A stretch of 64,000 nt of DNA from Octopus bimaculoides (Eukaryota), in contig NC_068983.1 in the NCBI RefSeq assembly GCF_001194135.2, positions 156,299,991 to 156,363,990 of the forward strand, read 5' to 3'. The notes under the pieces are model-generated. The model saw only the letters and a program-made list of their open reading frames with translations. It was not told the DNA's origin and did not search any database. A program made the position numbers and the translations under genes. Shown in pieces: positions 1 to 11,471 of this stretch. Numbering within the stretch: position 1 is the first letter of the stretch; the number at the start of each line of letters is the position of its first letter.

Positions 1-213
1 GGTTGTGAGTTTAGTTTTAATTAATTGCTATTTCAAGCTGGTCGATTGACCATGTTGAATATTGCTCATTGGTTCTGGCCTATGTTATCGATCTTGGATT
101 GCCAGAAGTCGAACACAATTTGAACTTGTAAAACCTAGAAACGTCAATGAAGCCTCCAAAAGAATTCGACGGATTCTTAAGAGTTTCAATAACACAAAAA
201 CTAAAACAACATT

Positions 214-409
214 AATAATGGTTTCAAATTTTGGCGCAATGCCAGTAATTTTAGGGAAGGGCGTAAGTGGATTGCATTGACTTCAGTGCTCAACTGACAA
301 TTATTTTATCAATTGTACAAGAATGAAAGGCAAAGTCAACCTCGGTGGCATTCAAACTAAGAACGTAAAAACAGACGAAATGGCGCTAAATGTTTTGTCA
401 GACGTATTA
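214..409 (-). mobile_element. SINE family A, 5'-truncated, diverged copy
   Basis: Reverse complement aligns by eye to 2881-3100 (TTCTGAGTTCAAATTCCGCCGAGGTCGA...CCTTTCATCC...AAGTACCA) and to the copies at 31483, 45915 and 62202. Confidence 0.75.
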
Positions 410-564
410 ATATATATTTTCTTTAGTGGCCATAATGACTTTGAAAAATATTACGAACAATACACAGTAAAAGGATAGTGAGGATTTAAAAAAAAAGAAA
501 AATGTGTAAAAGTTATAAAATAATATCAATAAAATTATTCTGACAAATTCCTCTACATGGAGCT

Positions 565-1960
565 GTGACTATCACCAACGGCCGACAAAGGAACTACTCC
601 AGATCCCGAGCCATCCTACTCACCAGGAAGAGGAAAGCATCTGTTTTTAGTCCCTTCAGTTTCGTCCAACACACAACCTCTTTTGCCATAGTCACAGACA
701 GAGATAAAAAAAACCTACACTTCGCGACCAAAAAAGGCGCAGGCACGACCTTCACGATAGAGTCAGTGGATAGTTGGATCCGTTCTACACGTGACAGCAG
801 CTGTAGTAATAATCGAGCGTCCAGAATGTAAGAGTGAGTACAGGTTGGTTTCATTATTCTGCGTGCATTTCGGGAGAACTATCATGCCTGCAAAGTTTAT
901 TCCGAGTCGGCAATTACCCCGGTTGCCCTACTTGGTTGGCGATTTTAGGAAATTATGCAAGATCCCCGGCCGCAAAGTTCTTCGGAACAAACCAGCTAGT
1001 TGACTATACCGGAGTACGTCGTAGTTTTCATCTACCGCTAATCATTAATAGAACGCCATGATGGAACATCCACCGATCGCATTGCTCAACAACACAGAAG
1101 GTTGTGAACACTTGATGATACTCAGGGTCCTGAAACAATCTCCGCTGTGAATCAATCTTTGGTTGATCCATGTCTGCAGCTCTGTGAAAGAGACGAGTGG
1201 CTGAAAAGCGCGCTTGACAAACGGTAGCCAAACCCTGTACAGGGTCACGGAAACTCTGGAAATGTCGCCTCAGCGCATATATGGGCATCAACAGCATCCA
1301 TAGTCACCCACGCAACGGATGCTTAGAGCAAATACGCCTCCTCAACAGCAGGATGTATCCTCACCGCATACACAAAAACAATGAAAACAAAAACAAGTCA
1401 TGAAACGGGGGCGGACATGATTTGACAGTAGCAAATGATGGACGCGATACAAGCATTCGCTACCTCTGCCCGACTATCCATAGTTTCCTCTCTCCCATGT
1501 CTGAGCTAGCCATCATGCTTATCACCGTCATCTCTTTCCAATTCTTGTCCATATGGAAGCCTGGACCAAGCCAAACCGAAGCAATTTACCCGTTCCGTTC
1601 ACGCAATTTCCAACGCTGCTGTTGGACGGTATGAACTTGGTTCTCCAGGCACCAAGCGCATGTTGCTGCAACTTCAAGCGCTGCTACTCTCTTCGTTGTT
1701 CTTCCTGCCGGTAGAGCCCTGCTGCTGCTGTTGCTGCTGCTACTGTTGCTGTTGCTGCTGCTGCAGTCACAGCCGTTGCTGCTCTTGTCGTTACTTCGAC
1801 TAGTGTTGCTATTATTGTTATTGATGTTACTGCTTCTGTTGTTTGATGCTGTAACCGTTGAACTTTGAACTACGATCGAAAACGTTCTCTTCCTTCCTGC
1901 AAGCCGAATACTGCTTTTACTAACATGGTTGCACCTACTTATGTTAATTTTGTTCATGTT
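565..1960. other. Non-repetitive GC/CpG-elevated block with a CTG/TTG low-complexity tract; possible promoter, UTR or exon of an unidentified host gene
   Basis: GC and CpG visibly above the AT-rich flanks. Several 65-125-codon open frames on both strands, including Asn/Ser-rich 1586-1957(-). Donor-like GTAAGA (828) and GTGAGT (834). No recognisable protein motif. Confidence 0.25.
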
Positions 1961-2244
1961 ATTGTTGTTCTCGAATTCCTGCTCACTAACGAAATTGTTA
2001 GTGGTATGAGTTCACTGCTCCTTACTAGCTGAAACATTTTGATGTTGTTAACGACGCTGTAATTTCAAGCTATGCATCAGAAGACAGCAAATCAGATTTT
2101 ACGCAATTTGTATCATTCAAGGCACAGTTTGGTGGTTCTCCCACTTTAGTAGTGTATTAGAGGAGGCGGATTGCTTCAGGCCTTGTGACTTTAGTAGAAA
2201 GAAGCATCATTATTATTATTATTGCTGTTGTTGTTGTTGTTATT

Positions 2245-2795
2245 GGGTAAGAGAGTAGAGCATGCAATCAAAGTGAAATTGGGTTAAAATATACGAAGTA
2301 TAGCACCAAGATTACCTGTCTGATGTGAGTACGCCAGGCACATGCAACACAGCCATATGTGCGTGACCTGATGTTCTCTGATCAAGATAAACAGCGCATG
2401 ACTTTCCAGGTGGGGCCCAGTCAGAATTTTCTTTAGGTCGAGTAAGCCATCCCACTCAAATGATCCTTCCGTAAAGGTTGCTTAAGAATGTTGAATTTAC
2501 ACCCATGTTTCCCGAGGGGAATTATTCAAACTCCAAAGAATTCCTGTCAACACAGCTATGATACCCCAACCACCACTACTTCTGCTCTTGAACAGAGATG
2601 CACATATCGTCAGCCACTAAGGGACATGCTCGACTGGTTAAGATCAAACAACTGAGAAGCAAATCTGTGGTATTGAGCAGAATATTTGCTGTAGTCTAAC
2701 TTTTATACCAAGACGAAAGAATGTACATGATAACACTTCCAATCAGTCAAGATGAGAAGCCATGAGAGCCACTGCGTGGTACTGCATCAGGGCAT
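2245..2795 (-). mobile_element. About 550-bp non-coding interspersed element embedded in trinucleotide tracts
   Basis: Sharp boundaries against (GTT/ATT)n on the left and (ATT)n on the right; on the minus strand it ends in a (CAA/TAA)n tail; no ORF in the track. Recalled as an abundant octopus repeat (unverified). Confidence 0.5.
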
Positions 2796-2797
2796 CA

Positions 2798-2844
<47 letters not shown>

Positions 2845-2880
2845 CATCATCATTATTATTATAATTATTATTATCATTAT

Positions 2881-3100
2881 TAAGGCGGTGAACTGGCAGA
2901 ATCGGTAGCTCACTGGACGAGCTGCTTAGCGCTATTTCTCCCGTAGGTATGTTCTGAGTTCAAATTCCGCCGAGGTCGATTTTCCCTTTCATCCTTTCAG
3001 GGTCAATAAATTAAGTACCAATAAAACACTGGCGTCGATATAATCGACTAGTCCCCTCCCAAAAAACTTCAGGCCTTGTGCATTCTGTAGAAAGGATTAT
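2881..3100 (+). mobile_element. SINE family A (tRNA-like head, Deu/Nin-like central domain, ATT tail), near full length
   Basis: A-box-like GGTGAACTGGCAGAATCGGTAG, B-box-like GAGTTCAAATTCC, central CCTTTCATCCTTTCAGGGTCAATAAATTAAGTACC, ATTATT tail; four more copies in the window. Confidence 0.8.
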
Positions 3101-4347
3101 TATTGTTGATGTTGTTGCTGCTGTTGCTATAAGGCCTAAACTTTTGTGGGAGATGTTAGTCGATTATATCGACGTCAGTGCCCAGTTATTAATTATTTTA
3201 TTGTTACATTTCTTTTTCACATCAACTCTAGAGATACGCAATCATTATATAAGAAATATATTCAATGTGTAAAATAGAAAAAATACGAGGAAAAATGATA
3301 TGGTGACCAATTACTGCTGTCTGTATATTATGACAAACAATACAAAGATGCCCAGAATGGAAATAAATCAACTCAGTAATTAGTGTCAATGAAACGATAG
3401 CTCTCATTCGATAACAGCAGTTAGCAATAGATAATGATATTGTTAAGGGAAGAGTAGATGATGAAATTAGTCAAAGGACCCAAGTATGTATATAAATATT
3501 TGTTTTCTAGAACTTCATTTTCGTCCTCAGAAATGCTGTGGTACTACTTTTGTTTTCACGTTTAAAATTTGTGGGACTTTCAATATGGTTATTGTTGTTA
3601 TTTGTTTAAAGAAGTTGACGACGACGACGACGACAACAATAATGATGATGAGTAGAAGGAAGAGGAGGGGGAGGATGGGGGAGAGGATGCTCATGATCAC
3701 GATGAAGAAGCTACTAAATAAATATACAAACTGTATCCTTTAGTTAAAATTTACTGATCACTGGCAAACGTATTGATATGAAAGCAATTTAAGTAGTTTT
3801 CCCTTCGACCGAATTGTTAATGATTACATGCACATCTTAATATGTCTGAGGTTTATTGTGAAATTAACGCTGACTCGTATTGATTAGGTTCCTAATGATG
3901 AATTTTCTGCCCGCGAACAAACTCATTACAGAAGCAAGAGATAAGTAGGTAGGTATGCAAAGTTTTCTACTACAGTTAACAATACGAAGTTTTGATGTCT
4001 TCAGATATAACATTCGTGTGTGACTATTTAATTGACGGCGAGAGAAATAGGACTGCATTTTAGAGTTTTTATTTTAATAGGCGAAAATAATCACCTCTAC
4101 ATTGTGTAAACACAGATATATTTATACTATTCGGCAATGCATCTAACCATTTGATTACTCGTTGCATTTTAAAGCAGAAAATTACAGTTGATGTTTATAG
4201 CAAGTAACCTAATAGATATAACAGATTGCTAAATAGATAAAAACACATGAGCTCATGTACGTATATGTCTACCAAGCTGCTCGGTTTACATGTCTAGGAA
4301 TGCATAAATACACATCCATAAATACGTACTTACACAATCACACACTT

Positions 4348-4380
<33 letters not shown>

Positions 4381-4444
4381 TATATATATACATATATATA
4401 TATATTTATATATGTATATATATATGTATGTATATATGTATATA

Positions 4445-4497
<53 letters not shown>

Positions 4498-4657
4498 ATA
4501 TATATGCGTGTATCTGCACTATATATATNNNNNNNNNNNNNNNNNNNNNNNNNNNNNNNNNNNNNNNNNNNNNNNNNNNNNNNNNNNNNNNNNNNNNNNN
4601 NNNNNNNNNNNNNNNNNNNNNNNNNNNNNNNNNNNNNNNNNNNNNNNNNNNNNNNNN

Positions 4658-4693
<36 letters not shown>

Positions 4694-5253
4694 TACGTAC
4701 ATACATATGTGCTTATGCGTTTATATGTTTGTATGTCGATGATTATATGTACATAGAGACGTAAAGTAACAACAAGCGAACTCAATTAGTAGTAAAGCTA
4801 CCATTTAAAAGAGACAGCTGTAAACCAGGAAATTACAACAATTTGGCACGTCGGAAGTGATAATTAGTATATTTATTAATGCTTCTAGCTAAATTACAGC
4901 ATTAAGATTTCGGTTTATAATTGTAAAGGCTTCCATTACTGATTGAACTTTATATTATCGTAAGATAAATAACGTTCTATCGGTTTTATATAGCTGTCTT
5001 TTTCCGAGTTTATTCTCTACACTCCTGCACTTTATGAGTGATTTCCAAATCTGTGAATGAAGTCCATATCAACTCGGATTTAGATCAACTTTCTACAAAT
5101 TTGTCTTTATGTGGTTTTCCACAGTTGATTCTGGGGAAACTGATAATAACCCAGAACTGCATCGTTTCAATTGGTGGGCTCTGCATAAATATTCTCTTCG
5201 GGTTTTTCTAAAGAATGAGAGCGTAGTGCAGCGCATACATTCATCTATTTATA

Positions 5254-6539
5254 TTAGGTTGTCAAGAAAGTTCTTGCTGTTTTTAACCTTTGTATTTAGA
5301 TGCACATATCTCGGCCTCAAACAAAACTTTATTAATCGAAATAAACACCGTCAGAATCAACACACTTTTGCCAACGTAAAACAAGTTTATTTATGCCAAT
5401 AGCGTTAAAATCCTGCGTTCTGGTGGCGATGTAGTCGTTGAAGACGTGTTTGGTATCGTCTTGGTTTCTGAAACATTTCTTACGCAGTAAGTTGTGGAGA
5501 TGCTTGAAAAAGTGGTAGTCGATAGGCGAGAGCTCTGGTGAGTATGACGGATGAAGCAGAGTTTTGTAGCCCAATTCGATCAACATCTGCAGGGTCAGTT
5601 GTGCGACGTGTGGCCGAGCGTTGTCGTGGAGAAGAATTGGTCCTTTTCAATTGACCAATGCTGGCTGTTGTTATCGGAGTTTCTTATGCATTTCATCCAT
5701 TTGCTGGCAGTACTTCTCCGCCGTAATGGTTTCGCCTGGATCCAAAAAGCTGTGATGGATGAGACCGGCCGCAGACCACAAAACAGTCGCCATGATCTTC
5801 TTTTGGTGCAACTTTGGCTTCGGGAAGTGCCATGGAGCTTCGTCGGCGTCCAACCACTGAGCTGAGTGTCACCGGTTATCGTAAACAATCCACTTTTCAT
5901 CGCAAGTTACAATCCGGTCTAGGAACGGTTCGTTCTTGTTGCGTAAAAGAAGGGAAGACACTTCAAAACGGCTTTTTTTTGGTGGGGGTCGTTCAATTCG
6001 TGCGGCACCCATTTCACAAGTATTTTTATTTTTCCAGTCTCTTTCAAGTGGTTGGAAATTGTCGTATACGTTACGTCTAATTCAGAAGCGAGCTCTCGAA
6101 CAGTTGTGCGTGGATTGGCTTCGACTAAGGCTCTTAATTGATCGTTGTCAACATCCGATGGCCGACCACTACGCTTATCATCTTCAAGACTCACGTCACC
6201 GCTATAAAAGTTCTTCAACCATCATTGTGCTGTACGTTCATTAGTGGTTCCTGGGCCAAAAACATCGTTTATATGGCGAGCTGTTTCAGCACCTTTTCTG
6301 CCTAGCTTGAACTGGAATAAGAAAATTGTGCTAATCTGCTTCTTGTCCATGTTGTACTCAACGTTCCGGAAAAAATGGCCTAACTATTGAAAACGAAAAA
6401 GAGTAACACGATTAGATAAAGCGAAAAACGGGCTTTTATATGATACATAAAGTCAAAGTAAGTTAACGAAAAATAATTTCAAAATACATCATGTAAAACC
6501 AAAATTTAAAATGTTGCAAGAACTTTTTTGACAACCTAA
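5254..6539 (-). mobile_element. Full-length (1286 bp) mariner transposon, cecropia (Hsmar1-like) subfamily, inactive
   Basis: TIRs TTAGGTTGTCAAGAAAGTTCTTGC and TTAGGTTGTCAAAAAAGTTCTTGC (rc) match 23/24; TA at 5252-53 and 6540-41; transposase inside. Confidence 0.95.
5332..6350 (-). pseudogene. Mariner DD34D transposase pseudogene
   Basis: MDKKQISTIFLFQFKLGRKGAETARHINDVFGPGTTNERTAQ*W...KWVPHEL...VTCDEKW...HDNARPH...HPSYSPELSPIDYHFFKHL...RWQKCVDSDGVYFD. 34 residues between the 2nd and 3rd Asp; at least 4 in-frame stops and a frameshift near 5990. Confidence 0.95.
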
Positions 6540-6705
6540 TAGAAGTTTAAAATAATGATCATTACATATTTTCTCTTCATTGCAGCAAAAATGCCTTACA
6601 GCTGTTTCCAGTAATCATTATAGGTAGATTACTGATAGGTTTACTCAATTGGCTTATTGATCTATTGAGTAAAATTCAACGACCTAAAAAAAAAATTAAT
6701 GCTAC

Positions 6706-6779
6706 TTTCATCATCTGCGGGCATGCTGGAGCACCGCCTTGAACAAATCGAACCCAGGACTTATTTCTTAAACCTGGTA
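6706..6779 (-). mobile_element. SINE family B, 3' fragment
   Basis: rc contains AAGGCGGTGCTCCAGCATGCCCGCAGATGATGAAA, matching the family B tail at 11178 and 28728. Confidence 0.7.
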
Positions 6780-6890
6780 ATTAAACCAATAGTTTAACAC
6801 AGACACAAAGGCACACATACACACAAACACACCCATATATACATATAGAGATATTATATATACATATATATATATATATATACGTATAGT

Positions 6891-6936
<46 letters not shown>

Positions 6937-6937
6937 C

Positions 6938-7119
6938 GCAGGAGTGACTGTGTGGTAAGTAGTTTGCTTACCAAGCACATGGTTCCGAGTTCAGTCCCAC
7001 TGCGTGACACTTTGGGCAAGTGTCTTCTACTATAGCCTCGGGCCGACCAAAGCGTTGTGAGTGGATTTGGTATCCGGAAACTGAAAGAAGTTCGTCGTAT
7101 ATATGTGTGTATATATATA

Positions 7120-7166
<47 letters not shown>
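6938..7166 (+). mobile_element. SINE family B, 5' half (runs into gap)
   Basis: GCAGGAGTGACTGTGTGGTAAG (A box), GGTTCCGAGTTCAGTCCC (B box), TTTGGGCAAGTGTC, then an internal (TA)/(TG)n tract; matches 28411 and 34918. Confidence 0.85.
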
Positions 7167-7467
7167 NNNNNNNNNNNNNNNNNNNNNNNNNNNNNNNNNN
7201 NNNNNNNNNNNNNNNNNNNNNNNNNNNNNNNNNNNNNNNNNNNNNNNNNNNNNNNNNNNNNNNNNNNNNNNNNNNNNNNNNNNNNNNNNNNNNNNNNNNN
7301 NNNNNNNNNNNNNNNNNNNNNNNNNNNNNNNNNNNNNNNNNNNNNNNNNNNNNNNNNNNNNNNNNNNNNNNNNNNNNNNNNNNNNNNNNNNNNNNNNNNN
7401 NNNNNNNNNNNNNNNNNNNNNNNNNNNNNNNNNNNNNNNNNNNNNNNNNNNNNNNNNNNNNNNNNNN

Positions 7468-7570
<103 letters not shown>

Positions 7571-7579
7571 CATATATAT

Positions 7580-7790
7580 AAAAGGAAAATAAGAAAAGGT
7601 AGAAAATGCTAAAATAATTTTACCATGGTGCACATTTTACTACCGGTTCGCGTCTTTTAGAGTTTTTCAACTAAGAGTAAAATAAGAAAAACAAATTAAC
7701 TTGGAGAAAAAACTTAAATTTAAGTGAAATATTTTGTAGATATTTCCATAGTTTTTGAATTGGTAAATATTTCCACAGTCTTCAGATAAC
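7580..7790 (-). ncRNA. Putative PLE terminal repeat (inverted pLTR) containing a degenerate type I hammerhead-like motif
   Basis: Minus strand: TTAT-CTGAAGA (7785-7779)-CTGTG...insert...GACGC-GAA-CCGG-TA^GTAA (7654-7637). Helix I TTAT/GTAA pairs 4/4 with one G.U. Lies immediately upstream of, and opposite to, the PLE ORF. Confidence 0.5.
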
Positions 7791-7899
7791 CCGTCTGTCT
7801 CGCTGTCTCTTCATTTGTGAATGCCTCGAAAGTAGTAGTATTTCTGAAGGAATAGTTTGGGTACAGAGAACTGATGGTTTAAGACAGGAGAAACCAAGA

Positions 7900-9744
7900 A
7901 TGATAAAAATTATCACTGTAACCCACGAAGAACTAACACCAGACCAAATCAACATATTCTCTAAAGGGTTCAAATTCACACTCACCCCGACAATACCCTA
8001 GCTACAACGAAATGAAAGAAGACGTTGCGGAATTCTGCAGAAAATTACGACTCGCCGAGGAACTATACAACAAATACAACGAGAAAGAATCGTTAGTCCG
8101 AAATAAAAGTAACTACACCCCATCAAATGGTAAGAACAAAATCATTGACCATTTCTGTGAATACATCACGAATAACCCATATCAGCATATACACAAACAA
8201 AAATACAAGTCAAACTTCAGCAAAAAGGAATGGGCCGAGCAAAACAGATTAAAGGATGATAAAAACAATCATGATCAAAGAGGAAAGCAGTAATCTTAAT
8301 GGTCATGGTATATTATATAATCCTAGTACTATTCATATTAGAAGACACAATATATTATGAAAAGGTACAACACTACAGTCAGCAGAAAATAATGAGAAGC
8401 CTAAAAATAATGTTAAACCTACACAGAGTAGGGCTCGCCGACAAAGAATACTACTATATAACTAACTTCAATAGTAAATCCAATCAGTGCTACGGTATTC
8501 CATAGATACACAAAAGTGAAACATTAATAAACCATGCAAGGGAGCCACAGACATGATAGTCAAAGTACTTACTCTTAATCACTTCAAATTAAAACCCATA
8601 ATGGCAGGCCTACCGTGGGAAACTCACCGCCTCAGTCACGTTTTAGACACCCGCTTAAAGCCATTCCTCAAATATATCAAGAGCTACATAAGGGACGACC
8701 TAGATATGCTCAATCAACCCACTGAAACAATAAATAAAAAAACCCTGCTAGTATCCCTTGATGTAGTCAACCTCTATTCCAATATCCCTCACAGCCTAGG
8801 AATAGAAGCAATCCAATTCTGGCTACAGAATCAACAAATAATTCGTAATAGAAGGGCTAAAATTCATCTTGGAGAATAAATTCTTCGTAGTTAATGACAA
8901 CTTCTATCGACATTAATCGGGGACTGCGATGGATACGCAAATGGTCCCTTTCTTTGCTAACCTAGTCATGGGGTACCTAGAAATCAATATTTATCGTAGG
9001 GTACAAGAAAATACGGAAACCTATTCTCCTTGTACATAGAAAATAACTGGAAAAGATATCTAGTTGACTGTTTCATTCTTTAGTACGAACGTGTAGAGAG
9101 ACTTCAAGAATTTCAAGCACTTTTGAATGGACTTGACATAGAAATTCAATTTACGATGGAAGATAGCCACCAGCAATTTCCATTCCTCGACATCCTCTTT
9201 ACGAAATCCAAAAAATAAAATAGAAATAGACATCTACTATAAGCCTACGGACTCCAAGCAATATCTGCCATTCAACTCTTGCCACCCCAGACACATTAGA
9301 ATGAATATCACTTACAACCTGGTTAAAGGGATTTGCACTATAGTATTTGATACAAGCACAAGAGATACACGATTACATGCGCTAAAGGATACATTCAAGA
9401 GTAGGAACTACCCACCATCACTAATTGATATAGGTTTTCAATGTGCTCTACAACTCAACATCCACGAACAAAGACACCCCAGACTAAAGAAAGATTAACA
9501 ACCAAAAGCTCTACCATACATATCCAGGCGCACCCCCAAAACATTGAGGCCTTCGACACAATCATCCAGAACATCACTTTACTAAAAGGAACCATAGAAT
9601 GGATGAAATCCTCCAAACGCACACCATCATGAAGAGCAAAAGACAACCCAAATCAATGAAAAGTCTTCTAACATAGGCCCAAGTACACTCGTCAACAACA
9701 CCAAAACCGAAAGTGAAAAATGTGGAAGACCTAATTGTGGTTTC
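7900..9744 (+). pseudogene. Penelope-like retroelement (Neptune-like) reverse transcriptase, decayed; GIY-YIG domain absent
   Basis: Frameshifted motifs: FSKGFKFTLTP; YGIP*IHK; LKPIMAG; SLDVVNLYSNIPH; SGTAMDT..P.FANLVMGYLE; WKRYLVDCF (YLDD decayed, 9057-68); FPFLDI; DIYYKPTDSKQYLPFNSCHP; KRQPKSMKSLLT; KCGRPNCG (9718-41), then the sequence breaks off. Confidence 0.9.
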
Positions 9745-11177
9745 TTTTTCTTTCAGCATATTTCGTATATGGCGTCTTTCAAAGTGAGACCTGAGTGATT
9801 TTGATGCGTGTTGCTTGTGTGTCTGAAACATTATCTTTGAAGTGGAATATTATTTGTCGGTGGTTTTCTTTTCTTTGTAGTTTCTATCTGAAAAGGCTGG
9901 GAAAGAACTTCTGGGTAGTGTTAATATTTTCTCACTTTTTAACTTCCATCCTTAATATTTGTTTTCCTTTTTTGACTACACGAAGAAATTACTTGCATAG
10001 CATTATAAAGAAATTTATCATTTAAATATTAATAAAGACTGAGGAAGTGAAGAGAAATAAATACTTGAAGGTATGGGGTAAAACTCTTCGTGACAAATAA
10101 ATATGAGATGTATAATTTTTTGTCAACTCCATAGGGAAATAGAGATTTTCAATAATAAATGTTCACATTATTGATACGTAAAAAACAAATATTTGCTACG
10201 CATGACAGTGAGAATGTTACAGAAAATAAATGCCTTTCAAAACTGGATAAAAAAAAAGAAAACTTTTTAGTTGATAATGTGTTCACAATACTTATTTCAC
10301 TGACACCTAAATAAACACATTTTGGAAGCTAATGATAGCAATTTGTTGGTGCAAATGAATATGGTGTTTGCTAATTGCTTAACGAAATAGATAGTTGTTA
10401 ATTTTTCAATAAGAATTTTTCCTAATGGTGTTGGGTGGAGGAAATAGAGAAATATTCATGATGAATGAAAGTGAAACATGTCACAAAATAATTTCTTACA
10501 TGGAAAATCAATTATAAAAATCTTTCACACGTGTTATAGTAAAACTTCAGAAACCAAATGTAAAAAGAATATTAGCATAACGAAAGAAAATATGCCCAAT
10601 TTTCACAGAAGTATGGATGGAATTACTTCTAGCATCATAAATGATGCTAGAAGAGCTGAACACTGGAAGAAATGGTGGATAGAAAGGCACAACTTTTATA
10701 ATATGATTGCGAATATTTTCGAATTGCATTCAAAGACCTTGAAGGCATATGGATACAAATGAGTACTTCAAATATACATTCACATTAAGATGCAGAGAAA
10801 TTGGATCCTGCTTTTCAAATCTTTTAGTAAATCGAATAGAGCAAATACATCTCGAACCAATATTTTCACAGCGTTACATTTTAAAACGTAGTCTGAAACT
10901 TAATCTATCGAAAAGTATATGACACAATGTGAATCTGTTTTCACGGTATGTTTACTCACAACTATGGAGTCACACGGTACAAAACACCGTTACATTTTGT
11001 TTGTGAAATATGAAATTCCAAAATTGCAATGCACGTGTTGCAACAGAGGCATCGACTTATATCAGTTTAGGCTTCCTTAGAGCGACCAATATTCTTATTT
11101 ATCAAAATACATTTCAAACAAGAAATATGGAAAATTACTCAAGAAAATTGTCTCAGTGTTCTATATGACTTACATAT

Positions 11178-11232
11178 AGGCGGTGCTCCAGCATGGCCGC
11201 AGTCAGATAACTGAAGCAAGTAAACGTAAAAG
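11178..11232 (+). mobile_element. SINE family B / CR1-type 3' tail fragment
   Basis: AGGCGGTGCTCCAGCATGGCCGCAGTCAGATAACTGAAGCAAGTAAACGTAAAAG matches the family B tail. Confidence 0.75.
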
Positions 11233-11471
11233 AATACGTAGATTAATATCCTAAAATCTATTTTGTATATATATGTGCATGTGTGTGTGTGTGTGCGCGC
11301 ACGCGCGTGTTTGTGCGTGTATGCATGTATTAATGTGCTTGCGTGCGCATTTGTGTCTGCTTTTGTCTGTAACAACAGAGAAATTGGGATATAGATAATG
11401 CCGCTTGTGTGCTATCTTTTTGTGTTCCATCAATTGATAGTGATGATTTAGATGATGATGCTTGTGGCTAA

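Noticed and set aside
4255-4785. Long YI/HT/CV-repeat ORFs here and around all N-gaps (e.g. 6768-7633, 21211-23909, 39752-40864, 62617-63436)
   Set aside because: Translations of dinucleotide microsatellites and N-runs, not genes.
5600-5900. CGA-to-TGA stops as evidence of TE methylation
   Set aside because: Only two inferred CpG-type stops among several lesions; too few without a consensus-based CpG decay test.
10478-10762. 94-aa ORF as a host gene or transposase
   Set aside because: No recognisable motif or splice context; compatible with decayed TE or chance.
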